Virus record (IMG/VR): IMGVR_UViG_3300025789_000018
Length of the DNA stretch: 64,000 nucleotides
Reading direction: 5' to 3' (one strand)
Source: a virus
Lineage: Duplodnaviria; Caudoviricetes
The notes under the pieces were generated by a model that saw nothing but the letters and a program-made list of their open reading frames with translations, searched no databases and had not been told where the DNA came from. A program made the position numbers and the translations under genes. Below are positions 20,253 to 30,611 of this stretch, piece by piece (position 1 is the stretch's first letter; each line of letters opens with the position of its first letter).

Positions 20253-20536
20253 CAGATAACCTTTCCATCAAGAACAAAGTAGTTGTGAGCGCCATGCTCA
20301 CCGTAATGAAACGACAGAAGACCATCATCTTCAAAAATCTGAAGAGGAGCGCGACCAGCAGCAATCTTGGCAAAATATTCGTCAACGCTGTAGTGCTTCT
20401 TCAGAACCGCAACAAACTTAGCCTTGTTGACTGGACCACGATGCTTGAAGCGGGCGACAAACTTACGTTCGCCGTTGTGGTTGTAGTGAAGGTATCCACC
20501 GTGATATTCGAAGTTGGCTTTTTCAAACTTGACCAT
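20252..20536 (-). CDS. Hypothetical early protein
   Basis: Downstream of promoter at 20579-20598. Confidence 0.6.
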   Translation of the reverse strand: MVKFEKANFEYHGGYLHYNHNGERKFVARFKHRGPVNKAKFVAVLKKHYSVDEYFAKIAAGRAPLQIFEDDGLLSFHYGEHGAHNYFVLDGKVI

Positions 20537-20599
20537 GACGAATCACTTTCTCTCTCTGTCTACTTTCTGACAATAGACGATTCGCGATAAAATGTCAAG

Positions 20600-21010
20600 C
20601 TAGATTCGTGTGGAAGTTGATCCGTCAGGATAAAAAATGATAAGATATTTTTGTTTTTTGACAGCATAATCATGTGTGTACCATGTGCCGCCATTAGGTT
20701 GCCACTCCATCTGATGTGGTACCACCATGAGAATATCACACTCATCAACGATGTTACGGTTTCGAGCAAAATAAGACAGTGGATTGCGATGCTGGTGCGA
20801 ATGATGATAAGCACGAAGATCATCTTTAATAGGCGGATGATTAACAATATAGTAACCAAGACTAGAGGCCAAGATTGCTACTTCAACGTCTACACCAACA
20901 CAATCGCCGTGATGAAGTTCTTTAGCATCTAGACTTTTTAACCAAAACTTAACGGCATCATATTGAGATTCGGTCATTCCTGAGCGAGTTCCCGTTACAC
21001 CAACTTTCAT
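20600..21010 (-). CDS. SLOG-fold (DprA/YspA-like) protein
   Basis: VGVTGTR, HHGDCVGVD, RNRNIVD, GGTWYT. Confidence 0.65.
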   Translation of the reverse strand: MKVGVTGTRSGMTESQYDAVKFWLKSLDAKELHHGDCVGVDVEVAILASSLGYYIVNHPPIKDDLRAYHHSHQHRNPLSYFARNRNIVDECDILMVVPHQMEWQPNGGTWYTHDYAVKKQKYLIIFYPDGSTSTRI

Positions 21011-21177
21011 ATTAAATCTCCACGTTTTTGTAAACTATATGATTTGGTCCATGCTCACCATAGACACATCTAGCGATTCGTTTTGCGTCTTTGAATGACT
21101 TTGCGTTCAGCCCGATATAGTCGATATCGGTTTCACGACCCGATTCTTCTGTTATAAAAATCAGAAAATAGCGTTTC

Positions 21178-21891
21178 TTAAACTTTGGTGATTTGTCCAC
21201 GAGTTAATCCGTGATAATCGTAGTATGTGTTGATGACATTGACTGCTTTTCCAATCCACTGGTTTCTTCTTTGGATGAACAACTGAGGTTCGCTGTTCTC
21301 TACTGCAATGATAACAACAAGATTATTCACAGGTACACCAGTTAGTTCTTCATACATGACCGCATAGATGGCCATCTGCATGAAGTATGTATCAATCCAC
21401 TCCTCTTTCTTAGGTTTATCTGATGTCTTGAAGTCGATGATAGACCTACGGTCATCAAAGTCTGCAATAACGTCAGCAGTTCCAGCAACTCCAAGATGAT
21501 TGGAGTACATCTGCAACTCAACACCAAGAACATTGTCAATACGATCAATAAACTTTTGAATGGATGTAAACAAAAACAATGCAAACGGATCTACTTTGTC
21601 TTTGTCAATCTCTTTATTGTGTAGATAATCTTCACAGATAGCATGAACTTTGGTACCACGACTAGAAGTTCTTCTCAAAACCTTTTGAACTTCTTCTTCA
21701 CCTAGCCGCTTACGCCATTCTGCTAGTTGAGGCTTCTTATACCACCCTAGGACAGTGGTTACAGAAGGAACTTTAGAACCATCGGGGAGACGATAAAGTC
21801 TCCCCGTGTTCTCATCACCATCAATCCTGTCAATACTAGGCAGTGTTGTCGTGTTGTGTTTGAACTTTTTTTGTATCACGAAAATAACCAA
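21178..21891 (-). CDS. PD-(D/E)XK exonuclease
   Basis: PSVTTVL, RGTKVH, AGTADVI, IIDFKTS, YFMQMAIYA. Confidence 0.85.
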   Translation of the reverse strand: MVIFVIQKKFKHNTTTLPSIDRIDGDENTGRLYRLPDGSKVPSVTTVLGWYKKPQLAEWRKRLGEEEVQKVLRRTSSRGTKVHAICEDYLHNKEIDKDKVDPFALFLFTSIQKFIDRIDNVLGVELQMYSNHLGVAGTADVIADFDDRRSIIDFKTSDKPKKEEWIDTYFMQMAIYAVMYEELTGVPVNNLVVIIAVENSEPQLFIQRRNQWIGKAVNVINTYYDYHGLTRGQITKV

Positions 21892-22624
21892 TCTGTTGTA
21901 GTTCTGCTAAAATAAACTCACGGACAAATCCAGAACGAACAATATCGTCCACATCAAACTCAACTTTTCGGATAGAAGGAATCTTATCTAAAACTCTCAT
22001 CATAGATTTTAAACCAGACTCTTCATTATAACGAGAACTTGTCAAGTCATCTTGATTGATGTCACCGCATACGATAACTTTAGCATTTTCGCCAATACGT
22101 GTCAAGACTGTTTTAAGTTCGTTATAACCTAGATTCTGACATTCATCTAGAATCACAATAGCGTTGTCGATGGTTGTACCACGAAGGAATGATGTTGATT
22201 CGAACTCAACAATGCCTTTTTGTTTTAGGATGCTGTATGCGTCTCCACGCTTGAATAACTTTGCACAGATGGAGATATATGGCGCCTCAAAGACTTCCAT
22301 CTTCTGAGCCGCGGTGCCAGGCAAGAAGCCGATGGACTTAGATGATTGTGCGCTTCTAATAATGACTACTTTACGAGGTTTGTTTAAGTCTTCCATTACC
22401 TCTTCAAGAGCAAGATAAAGACTGATGAATGATTTGCCAGAACCAGGAACTCCGTGGAGCAAAAGGTTCTTGCCATCATCATAGTATTCGAACGACCTGC
22501 GTTGATTGTCTGTAGCAGGTGTGATTTGAGATAAGTGCAGTTTCAGTTTATCTTCTGTGGTTCTCTCTTTGCTTTGTCTACTCTGTCTATTACGGTCTCG
22601 CTTTTCCGCTCTTGTCGTAGCCAT
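21836..22624 (-). CDS. phoH: PhoH-like ATPase
   Basis: GVPGSGKS, FLRGTT, ILDECQN, LTRIGE, CGDINQDD, DIVRSGFV. Confidence 0.92.
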   Translation of the reverse strand: MATTRAEKRDRNRQSRQSKERTTEDKLKLHLSQITPATDNQRRSFEYYDDGKNLLLHGVPGSGKSFISLYLALEEVMEDLNKPRKVVIIRSAQSSKSIGFLPGTAAQKMEVFEAPYISICAKLFKRGDAYSILKQKGIVEFESTSFLRGTTIDNAIVILDECQNLGYNELKTVLTRIGENAKVIVCGDINQDDLTSSRYNEESGLKSMMRVLDKIPSIRKVEFDVDDIVRSGFVREFILAELQQIGYFRDTKKVQTQHDNTA

Positions 22625-22663
22625 AAGACTCCTTAATCGTTTTTACGTTAAGTCACCGGCACA

Positions 22664-22975
22664 TTATGTCAAAGCACCACCAAGCTTCTTTTTTACTTTG
22701 TTGACAGCTTCGCGGGTCTTTGTTTCTTTAACACTCTTAGAGCCATGTTTCTCTGCGAGGGGAGAAAATGGATTAGCAGCGGCGATTCGACTTAGAACAT
22801 CGTTCATTCCACTGTCTGTTTTTACACGATCACCAGTACCACCTACGAGCATAGGCATATGAAATACTTGCTGAATGTGTGGATTGTCTTGGAGAAACTG
22901 CTTGTGTGATGCATAAGACCACAACTCGTCCCACGTTTCTTGTGTTTCAGGAATGAGGTATTGGTACATTGGCAT
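22664..22975 (-). CDS. Conserved hypothetical protein upstream of phoH (FmdB-like N-terminus)
   Basis: MPMYQY..ETQETWDE..FLQDNPHIQQV. Confidence 0.6.
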   Translation of the reverse strand: MPMYQYLIPETQETWDELWSYASHKQFLQDNPHIQQVFHMPMLVGGTGDRVKTDSGMNDVLSRIAAANPFSPLAEKHGSKSVKETKTREAVNKVKKKLGGALT

Positions 22976-23004
22976 GTAGTTACTCCTTACGATTACTTAT
23001 AAAA

Positions 23005-23367
23005 TCAGTCTGCTTGCCGCGTGATAAAAGTCTTGCGGATTCTAGCTGGGCTGAAAAACTCATTGACAACATTGATAGCATCATCGATGTCATATTCACG
23101 GCAGGAGAAGATGTCAATATAACCTTCTCCTGTATGATCGTTGAAGTGTGCAATGATGTTGCTTGTCTCTATGAGTTGAATCACTGTCCATCCTTCTAGA
23201 TGGACTTCATTGTGACCGAAATGTAGAATCTGAGGCTCACCATAAGGAATCATGTCAATACGTTTGACAAGTTCCTTTACCCAATGCTCTAGTTTTTCTG
23301 GATTTGTGATTGAAGCGATATCACATCCGCCGCAATCCAAAAGTAGGTGATAACCCCAATAACTCAT
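23005..23367 (-). CDS. speD: S-adenosylmethionine decarboxylase-like proenzyme
   Basis: WGYHLLLDC, PYGEPQI, QLIETSNI.AH, YIDIFSC. Confidence 0.8.
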   Translation of the reverse strand: MSYWGYHLLLDCGGCDIASITNPEKLEHWVKELVKRIDMIPYGEPQILHFGHNEVHLEGWTVIQLIETSNIIAHFNDHTGEGYIDIFSCREYDIDDAINVVNEFFSPARIRKTFITRQAD

Positions 23368-23535
23368 TTACTCATCGTCTTCCATTTCTAATAGTTGGTC
23401 AATATCAAGTGTCCTGATCGCTCTATTTAGACGTTTTTGTTTCTTGTGTTCCCGATACTCTCGCAACTGAGAAGTATTGTTCACTTCGTCTTCTTCGTAC
23501 CAGTCCTTGAACTTCATGACCTTCTTCTTATGCAT
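23368..23535 (-). CDS. Small charged protein (55 aa, not in ORF track)
   Basis: MHKKKVMKFKDWYEEDE...; fills the gap between neighbours with coupled starts/stops. Confidence 0.55.
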   Translation of the reverse strand: MHKKKVMKFKDWYEEDEVNNTSQLREYREHKKQKRLNRAIRTLDIDQLLEMEDDE

Positions 23536-24028
23536 TTACCGTTTCTTTCTTAGGGCGCCCGCGACCTCGTTTGACTGGGGCTGGTTCTGCTACTGTTGTA
23601 TCTGCTTCCTGCTTAGGTGGAAGCAAAAGTGTGAATACACTACGAACGAGTTGTTCATCGATGTTTACATATGGAAGATTGCGATCCTTGACTGCCAAGA
23701 TAAGTTTAGCATCAGCAGGATCAAGTGCTTCCAAAAAGTTTACGAACAATGCTTCACGCTTTGCCTTCGAGATGTTTGGATTTTCTGGCCCAACCCAAAG
23801 ATACATCTTGCGGAAAGTGTTATAGAGCATTGCTTGCTGATCTAGAAACTGACATGGCTTGTATGGAGGTGCACCTTCTGGTAGAAGCCAGCGAACACCA
23901 GGATGATATGTCATCTTTAGGATTTCCATAAACGTAGGATTGTTTACGTTTGCGGCTAGCATACTACGACGCTTTTCGTAATCTGGTTCAGCGTCAATCT
24001 TATTCAAAATCTCTGAGATACCTAACAT
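23528..24028 (-). CDS. Conserved T4-like hypothetical protein
   Basis: ISEIL..WLLPEGAPPYKP..FVNFLEALDPADAKLI; KRGRGRPKK tail. Confidence 0.7.
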   Translation of the reverse strand: MLGISEILNKIDAEPDYEKRRSMLAANVNNPTFMEILKMTYHPGVRWLLPEGAPPYKPCQFLDQQAMLYNTFRKMYLWVGPENPNISKAKREALFVNFLEALDPADAKLILAVKDRNLPYVNIDEQLVRSVFTLLLPPKQEADTTVAEPAPVKRGRGRPKKETVNA

Positions 24029-24183
24029 TGTTTATTCCCTATCATTTCTTTCTTCGAGGAGTCTTTCCACTCCAACCTGTATAGACCATTTACCGCTCAA
24101 ACTTTTTGTGTATGTGCGAGTTGAGCCGCTTTTTGTTGTTTTAACTTTACTGATCTTTGGTGGCCCAACTCTTTTTCTTACCA

Positions 24184-25029
24184 TTAAAAATCACCTACAC
24201 ATTCCAAAAGGTTCTTCAAACGATTTTCTACAAAATAGTTGAACAGTTTGCTACGATCTTTCTTCTGAGTATTGTACTGTTCCAGAACTTGCTCTGAGAT
24301 TTCAGTAGGAATACAATCAAGATCGATCAACTGTTGATTGCGCTTATAGTTACGCAGCATGGTTTCATTGCAGAACTGTTCAGGTTCTTGAAGAATCCAA
24401 GAAGACAGCTTCTTAGCAGACACAGGAGACTGCCGAATGCCCATAACGAACACATTATCAGCCGATAGAAAGTTGGGAATGCCATCAGATGCATCGCCCT
24501 TCATGATATGTTCTTTGAGGAACAAGTCAGGATTGGTACAAGTAATGTACTTCTTGAGGACAGGGCTATATTGCTTGACGTTAGGATACTTCTGCAACTG
24601 ACCAAAGTCTTTATCGCCAGACAGCACCAAAATGTTTTCACGCAAATGATACTCTTTGACAAGAGTAGCGATAACATCATCAGCTTCAGCGTGTTCTACC
24701 TGAATGACTTTGTAAGGAAAGAAGTCCTTGATTTCTTGACGAATCTTGTTGAGTGTTTCAAACACTGCATTCCAGTCAAGTTCAGAAGCATCGCGTTCCT
24801 TCTTGCGATTAGCTTTGTAATAAGGATAAACTTGCTTGCGCCAGTAGTTCTTGTCATCACAAGCAATGACCATCTCACCAAACTCGGCAGTAAACTTTAC
24901 CTTGTGTGCGCGTAGAGCGTTCAACACCATATGCCGAATGATATCTTCTTCGATCTTGACATTTTTATGGTTACCGATCTGGACCATAAGAGTCGAAATC
25001 ATGACTTGTGACAAATCTAGGATAATCAT
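24184..25029 (-). CDS. rnh: T4-type RNase H / 5'-3' exonuclease
   Basis: IILDLSQV, ACDDKNYWRK..YKANRK, EADDVIA, SGDKDFGQL, GDASDGIPN. Confidence 0.92.
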   Translation of the reverse strand: MIILDLSQVMISTLMVQIGNHKNVKIEEDIIRHMVLNALRAHKVKFTAEFGEMVIACDDKNYWRKQVYPYYKANRKKERDASELDWNAVFETLNKIRQEIKDFFPYKVIQVEHAEADDVIATLVKEYHLRENILVLSGDKDFGQLQKYPNVKQYSPVLKKYITCTNPDLFLKEHIMKGDASDGIPNFLSADNVFVMGIRQSPVSAKKLSSWILQEPEQFCNETMLRNYKRNQQLIDLDCIPTEISEQVLEQYNTQKKDRSKLFNYFVENRLKNLLECVGDF

Positions 25030-25091
25030 GTTAGGTTGTTCTCACGTTGTTATGATCTATATATACAACATTTTTAGATCATTGTAAAGAG

Positions 25092-25460
25092 TTATTCGTC
25101 AAAATATTCTTCATCGATGTCTGGAAAGTCAATCAACTGTTCTGCTGCTTGTTGCAGCCCATGATTGACTCCCATACTCTTGAGGATCAATGACCGTAGG
25201 GATTCGATGACTAGTGCAACATCTTTGCTGAAGTCATCGTCATCAAAGTTGAACCCTAGCATACCAATCTTATAGAACAACTCTTCGGTCATCTCATCCG
25301 TCACGAAATGAACAAACTCTATTTTGTTTAGAAGAGCCTGCTCTCTCATCTCTTCAAGATGATCTTGGGTAAAGTTTGTTCTATTTTTCAACGGGAACTG
25401 AATGATGTTTGAACGTATCTCAACAGAAACATTAGTAGAAATAGCTGTGTTGGTATTCAC
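25092..25460 (-). CDS. Hypothetical protein
   Basis: Co-oriented ORF with NIIQFP motif. Confidence 0.6.
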   Translation of the reverse strand: MNTNTAISTNVSVEIRSNIIQFPLKNRTNFTQDHLEEMREQALLNKIEFVHFVTDEMTEELFYKIGMLGFNFDDDDFSKDVALVIESLRSLILKSMGVNHGLQQAAEQLIDFPDIDEEYFDE

Positions 25461-25479
25461 ACAAGTCTCCTCTCTACCA

Positions 25480-26439
25480 TTACTTATTTTTTAGAGATTC
25501 TAGAAGACCCGACCATTCCATTGCTTTAGTGTTCCAGTTGTATGTACGATCTGCTTGGATTTTCTGTAGATAAAGATCCTGTGCAATCAAGTCTCTTTGA
25601 TTACGCATAACGTTGATACCCTGTGAAAGAACCTGATAGAATGAGTTTGCATGATGATTCTTATCTTCGCTCCACTGATACATCCATGTCAAGCCCATAG
25701 AAGTTTCTGGTAGTGCTGCTAGATTAGGATGAATGCAGAGTAGACCAGCAGACATAGCTTCGATCAAACAGAGACAGGAGGTTTCTTTCCAGATTGAAGG
25801 ATATGCAAAGATGTCTGCGTTCAACAATGCGCTGCGCAAATCTTCGTTGCTTACAGAGCCGTGATAGTTAATCTGTGGATGCTGGCGACAGACTTCAAAC
25901 AGGTCTTCATACTGTTGATCGCGTTGTTCCCAACCATACAACTTGAATGATGAATAGACATCCAATGTGATGTTAGGATCGTTCTCGGCTAGCTTGATGA
26001 AGACTGGTACCAGAATATCTAGACCACGATGTGGAGTAGGTGTGTAGATCAATCGGATCTTTTTATCATCTACAGTCTTTGCTGTAGTGTCGATAGGTTC
26101 AATAGAGTTTTTAATGACAACAGAATCGCTATATGGTACACCACGAACGTTGTTGTATTGTTCCATCTGCCAGTTTGAAACGAAAACAAACTTATCAAAC
26201 TTCTTACGGTACATGGGATCAGAAAGTCGCGACGACTCTGGATCTTCTGGTAGATCGTGACAGTAGTAAATCTTCGTCTTGGTTTCGTCTAGTTCACGAG
26301 CGCGTGAGAAAACAATCTGTGTGTCTTCTAGAAGTTCACGAGGAACACCACCCGCATATAGACGTTCTTGTAGTAGTTCTGTACCACCCTTTGAGTTCTT
26401 GTTTAACTCATTACGTTCCATTAGGTCATGATTGCTCAT
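25480..26439 (-). CDS. GT-B (family 4-like) glycosyltransferase
   Basis: GGTE, HDLPED, IYTPTPHRGL, YPSIWKETSCLCLIEAMSAG. Confidence 0.85.
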   Translation of the reverse strand: MSNHDLMERNELNKNSKGGTELLQERLYAGGVPRELLEDTQIVFSRARELDETKTKIYYCHDLPEDPESSRLSDPMYRKKFDKFVFVSNWQMEQYNNVRGVPYSDSVVIKNSIEPIDTTAKTVDDKKIRLIYTPTPHRGLDILVPVFIKLAENDPNITLDVYSSFKLYGWEQRDQQYEDLFEVCRQHPQINYHGSVSNEDLRSALLNADIFAYPSIWKETSCLCLIEAMSAGLLCIHPNLAALPETSMGLTWMYQWSEDKNHHANSFYQVLSQGINVMRNQRDLIAQDLYLQKIQADRTYNWNTKAMEWSGLLESLKNK

Positions 26440-26604
26440 TTGGTTCCACCGCTTCCATTTCTTCTGTTAGTTTTTGATGATAAAGTTCATAGGTTTCTAT
26501 CATCAGTGACGCCACTGCGAGGCTGCTAATACGTGCTGCAATGTTGATCACGATCCACTTAGCAATAAATGCTCGGATATATTCCCAGCGTGTTAGTTCG
26601 TTCA

Positions 26605-26940
26605 TTATACAAAAAACCCTACACTGAAATCAACAACAGAATCTTTGCGGAATGATCGCCAGCCACTGTTCTCTAGATCCCATACTGAAATGACATCTGG
26701 ATTTGATTTACGAGTTTGAGATTGTTCATCAAGATTCTGTTCTGGTAGAATCTCTGGAGAAAGAGTGCAAAGCATTTTACGTACTGTTCCGTCCTTCTTT
26801 GTGAAGTTGACTTGACAGATGTTATGCTTTAGATCATCCAAGAAGGACGTTGGTAGATTCGTTTTTGATTCGTTCATTGAGTTCATTATACCCTCCAATG
26901 TATGTTTCATTATAAAAAATCTGTGGTACTGTGCGCGCAT
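26605..26940 (-). CDS. WYL_2-like SH3 beta-barrel protein
   Basis: VNFTKKDGTVRKMLCTL..VWDLENSGWRSFR; start uncertain. Confidence 0.7.
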   Translation of the reverse strand: MRAQYHRFFIMKHTLEGIMNSMNESKTNLPTSFLDDLKHNICQVNFTKKDGTVRKMLCTLSPEILPEQNLDEQSQTRKSNPDVISVWDLENSGWRSFRKDSVVDFSVGFFV

Positions 26941-27079
26941 GTGGCACTTCAGTTAGTAGACGATTCTTTGTTTCTTCGTCTGTGATATCCATTTCAACGA
27001 ATGGAATGGACTTTGATGTGAGAAGATTTTTGGCTGCTGTACAGTTTGAGCATCCTGGCTTTGAGTATACTTTATACAT
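26834..27079 (-). CDS. Glutaredoxin
   Basis: YSKPGCSNC, TVPQIF, IGGY. Confidence 0.9.
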   Translation of the reverse strand: MYKVYSKPGCSNCTAAKNLLTSKSIPFVEMDITDEETKNRLLTEVPHARTVPQIFYNETYIGGYNELNERIKNESTNVLLG

Positions 27080-27110
27080 AGTCGATCCTGTATGTTTTGT
27101 CAAGAGATAA

Positions 27111-27132
27111 AGGGGCAGCCGAAGCCACCCCT
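27111..27132 (-). terminator. UUCG-capped hairpin after the hydrolase gene
   Basis: AGGGGTGGC-TTCG-GCTGCCCCT on -; short U tail. Confidence 0.55.
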
Positions 27133-27140
27133 AAATCTAT

Positions 27141-27590
27141 TTATGCGATTTTATAGAATATGTGATGACCTATCGTCACAACTCTCTTGTACTTCCAATG
27201 TGGATTTACATAGTTTGCATGATAGAAGATTGCGCCATTAATGTTGTCTCCTACATGTCCGTAGTAAACAGAACGAGCAACTTGCTTATTCTTTTCATAT
27301 AGGTCTTGATATACAATCTTAGGATGGTGATGAATCCAGCTAAACTGGTGTTTCATAGCAATAACTTCACATGGAGTTTTAGCATAGCCTTGTTTTACAC
27401 GATTCATTATTACATTTGCAACTGCAACCTGACCATTTAGTGGCTCACCACGGGCTTCAAAATAGATTGTCTGTGCTACGCATTCTAGTTGCGCTTGATC
27501 GTGTTTTGGTGTTTGTGCCATTGCTTGTGGTATTACAACCAACAGTGCGAGAGTGGCAATCGCCTTGAAGATTTTATTTAGGTAAGACAT
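27141..27590 (-). CDS. SleB-like cell wall hydrolase (Hydrolase_2)
   Basis: Signal peptide; CVAQTIYFEARGE, AVANVIMNRV, QFSW, FYHA..V.P.W, IGHHIFY. Confidence 0.9.
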   Translation of the reverse strand: MSYLNKIFKAIATLALLVVIPQAMAQTPKHDQAQLECVAQTIYFEARGEPLNGQVAVANVIMNRVKQGYAKTPCEVIAMKHQFSWIHHHPKIVYQDLYEKNKQVARSVYYGHVGDNINGAIFYHANYVNPHWKYKRVVTIGHHIFYKIA

Positions 27591-27594
27591 TTCT

Positions 27595-28065
27595 TCCCTC
27601 TTAGGTTCGAAGACCTAGGCGACAACTGAAAGTCTTATAGGGTATCTCAACCCGTACAGACAGCTATGCTATGAGAAGATACAAAGTAAATGTATATGGT
27701 ATCTTCTACATCCATTTCCCTCTTACTGGAAATGCAAGATCGTCGTTGTTTCGTTTGAATCATATCGATAGTATAACGTGATACTGTAGATATAATGCTT
27801 ACTAGCCATCGCAGACTTGAAGCGTTGTAAGAGTACAATGGAAGTAGAACTTCCAATGGTATTTATATGAGACATATTCTAGACCGTGCCTAGGTTGATC
27901 GCGAATACGTCTGCGCTTCCATCTCGGCGCAGATTGACACTTACTCCTCATCCCTGGAGCAGTTATCGGATAGTCCTCTTTGGTGCGCTTATGGTGGATT
28001 CCATCCAGAGGCGTAAGAGGCTCAGAAAACCCATACATATGTAACAGAGGTATGGGTCATATTGT
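27595..28065 (-). ncRNA. Candidate structured RNA / long leader
   Basis: About 470 nt with no credible ORF; at least seven hairpins; internal TATAAATA at 27860-27867. Confidence 0.45.
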
Positions 28066-28071
28066 CTTTAC

Positions 28072-28377
28072 TTATACACTAGTTTTACGTGGTTGTCTAG
28101 TCTTTTTTGGAGCAGCAGGTGCAGATGGCTCTGGTGCTACCTTTGGTGCCCTAGGCTTACGCGGTGGCTTGGGCTTATCTGGCTGCTTGCTGCGATGTAG
28201 AATGATGATACCCTTAGATCGCAGTTCACGAATAATCTTACCATGATCCATTAGAAGCTTGTTAAGTGCTTCCTTATCAACAGGAGCATTAGGAGCCTTG
28301 CGCTTCAGATACTTGTCCACAGATTCGTGAATACCATGAAACTCTTCATCTGTGCAATCTAGATATATTGCGGCCAT
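28072..28377 (-). CDS. Hypothetical protein with P/K-rich tail
   Basis: ORF with SD, co-oriented. Confidence 0.6.
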   Translation of the reverse strand: MAAIYLDCTDEEFHGIHESVDKYLKRKAPNAPVDKEALNKLLMDHGKIIRELRSKGIIILHRSKQPDKPKPPRKPRAPKVAPEPSAPAAPKKTRQPRKTSV

Positions 28378-28877
28378 GATTACAGCCTTCCACTGATATC
28401 AATGATGTCATAGCGATCATAATGGTGTGCCTCTTGCAGACACACATCAATATACTTTTGTGCCTCTTCCAAAGTCTCAAACGACTTAAGGAAGTTATCT
28501 TCTGCAGGATAATAACGATCCCAGCCTAGTACCCAAAATACTTTCATATTCATTCTCACCAAAACTTGGCAACAAAGTGCCAGATAACACCGATAATGAT
28601 GCCCCAGAATGCAACATTCGCGAGAAACGTAAACAGCACCATTTTATAAAACGTATTCATAATCAAAACTCCAAAACATTAGAGGTACGACGAGTGATTT
28701 CAGAGAGGACAGTAATCTTTCCTTTATGCCCTGCTATTTTGTAATGAGTGCGCTGTTCAAGTTCAAACAGAAGATCAGCATATTCTTCTTCATCATGCAC
28801 AACTCCATCAAACAGAAAATACGTGTCTCCATCATGATCAGGCACCGTACTAATAGTCACAACAGCAGTAAACATAA

Positions 28878-29129
28878 TCAAAACTCCTTAAATACCTTTT
28901 CAATAGACTTAACACGCCAGGACCAAGCTTTTATGCAAGGACCAACATCAAGCGCTGCTTGATCTGCTTTTTTCCAAGAAGTTGCGGTCACTTTAACTTG
29001 GACATCTTTCTTGCCTTCAAAATAATCCAGATCATGATCGACAAGATAGGGATGACGACCGTTTACTTCCAGTGTCACAATATACTGATGCACACGATTT
29101 TTGCAGAAAAACATAATCAAAACTCCCAA
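28878..29129 (-). CDS. Hypothetical protein
   Basis: One of four small coupled ORFs at 28380-29311 downstream of the promoter at 29356-29374. Confidence 0.5.
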   Translation of the reverse strand: MGVLIMFFCKNRVHQYIVTLEVNGRHPYLVDHDLDYFEGKKDVQVKVTATSWKKADQAALDVGPCIKAWSWRVKSIEKVFKEF

Positions 29130-29610
29130 ATCTTGACGCCACGACGAATCAGTTCCTTTGCGATCAACTTTTCCATTCGATCAACCTGTTTGACAAGGCG
29201 ATCACTCAGCTTGTCACGGTTGCATTCGGAGAGGAAAAAGAGAGCCGCTTCAAGATCATCCGATGACTGAAAACGAATCACGATGGGGGCAAAGAGTTGC
29301 TTAAGATTCATATTGATTGCTCCACAAACTCACTGACTACATTCTTACCATAACAGATTCGAGTTATATGTCAAGCAGCCTTTTGTGCTTTGCGATATTT
29401 TTGAATCTGGCGATCAAGATTCTTTTGGTCGATGTAACCATCTTTACGAACTTGACCTAGATCATCCAAAACATTGAGAATATCGCTCACACCGTCGATA
29501 TTGATACCGTAGCTACGAATCACAGAGATAGAAGCAGATAAACTAAACATAACGAATCACCTTATATCTCACTGACTACATTACTGATAATACACGACTC
29601 GGGAATAATG

Positions 29611-30285
29611 TCAAGAGGGAAATGTGTATCCCACCAAAGATTCTAACTCTGATAAAGATTTTTCTATCAGAGCAGATCCTTCAACGTTGTCAGCCATATA
29701 AACTTTGATAGAGCGATCTTTGAGATAGACAACTTTGTAATACGCCGATGGAACGGGAATCCTACGTTCTCCAATACAAGTAGATGGATCAGTATAGATT
29801 GCACCAGTCACCACGTATTGCGTCTCCATCCCTCTCACCATCGCTTCCAGTTCTTTCCAGATAATCCTGTTTACATCTGGTAGTTGTGGTGTCATGTTGG
29901 TCATTAGAAATGTGTCGCGCATCTGGACTTCGTTTCCAGCGTCAGCAGCGGGTGTTAGATGCCCGCGATCATATCCACTGTCTGTATAGTCATCTGGTGT
30001 TGGTGACCGTTTCAGGCGAGGATCAGAGCAGAATGCGTCGTCTCTTTCCACGTGGTCATGTGGTGGCTGTGTCACTTCAGCAGATAGAATCGTTCTCATA
30101 TTCTTTTCATCATAAAGAACGAGATAGAACGAGTTACAAAGCACTGTGGTACCAGGCACGACAATAGCCTGACCGTAAGGCCAGACTTGATTTGCAGGTA
30201 ACGATGGAGGCAGCTTCCGCTTTGCTAGAAAAGAAAATGCAGCGGAAGCTAACATCCTAGGGATAGATAGCAACCGCTGCATCAT
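29611..30285 (-). CDS. DNA/RNA non-specific endonuclease (NUC family)
   Basis: YDRGHLTPAAD, TFLMTNMTPQ, NRIIWKELE, VPSAYYKVV. Confidence 0.9.
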   Translation of the reverse strand: MMQRLLSIPRMLASAAFSFLAKRKLPPSLPANQVWPYGQAIVVPGTTVLCNSFYLVLYDEKNMRTILSAEVTQPPHDHVERDDAFCSDPRLKRSPTPDDYTDSGYDRGHLTPAADAGNEVQMRDTFLMTNMTPQLPDVNRIIWKELEAMVRGMETQYVVTGAIYTDPSTCIGERRIPVPSAYYKVVYLKDRSIKVYMADNVEGSALIEKSLSELESLVGYTFPS

Positions 30286-30322
30286 TATTTCCTTGAGTGT
30301 TAGATTACACTCTATTTATTAT

Positions 30323-30592
30323 TTAGTCTTCTTGAGCCTGTGTTACGTTCGAACTACGCTTGTAGTTGCCCCAATATTCATTGGCACGAACACGGATATT
30401 CAGCATGTTTGTCTGGTTCTTATTAGGATTGACAATGGTAATCCAAGGATTACGACCAGCACGCCATGCTTTAACAAGATCAAGTTCATGTGTTAGTGTG
30501 CAACGATCACGCTTCACAAGCTTTGAAGTTGCTTTTGAAACGTTTGAGTGAATACCTTTTGAGACCTTAGTCTTACGTGTACTAACTGCCAT
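30323..30592 (-). CDS. Conserved basic hypothetical protein
   Basis: SKG..SNV..AWRAGRNPWITIVNPNK..TN. Confidence 0.65.
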   Translation of the reverse strand: MAVSTRKTKVSKGIHSNVSKATSKLVKRDRCTLTHELDLVKAWRAGRNPWITIVNPNKNQTNMLNIRVRANEYWGNYKRSSNVTQAQED

Positions 30593-30611
30593 TATTTACC
30601 TTTCATGATGT

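Noticed and set aside
27595-28065. RNase P RNA or tmRNA
   Set aside because: No GAGGAAAGUCC/P4 partner and no tRNA-like CCA end found.
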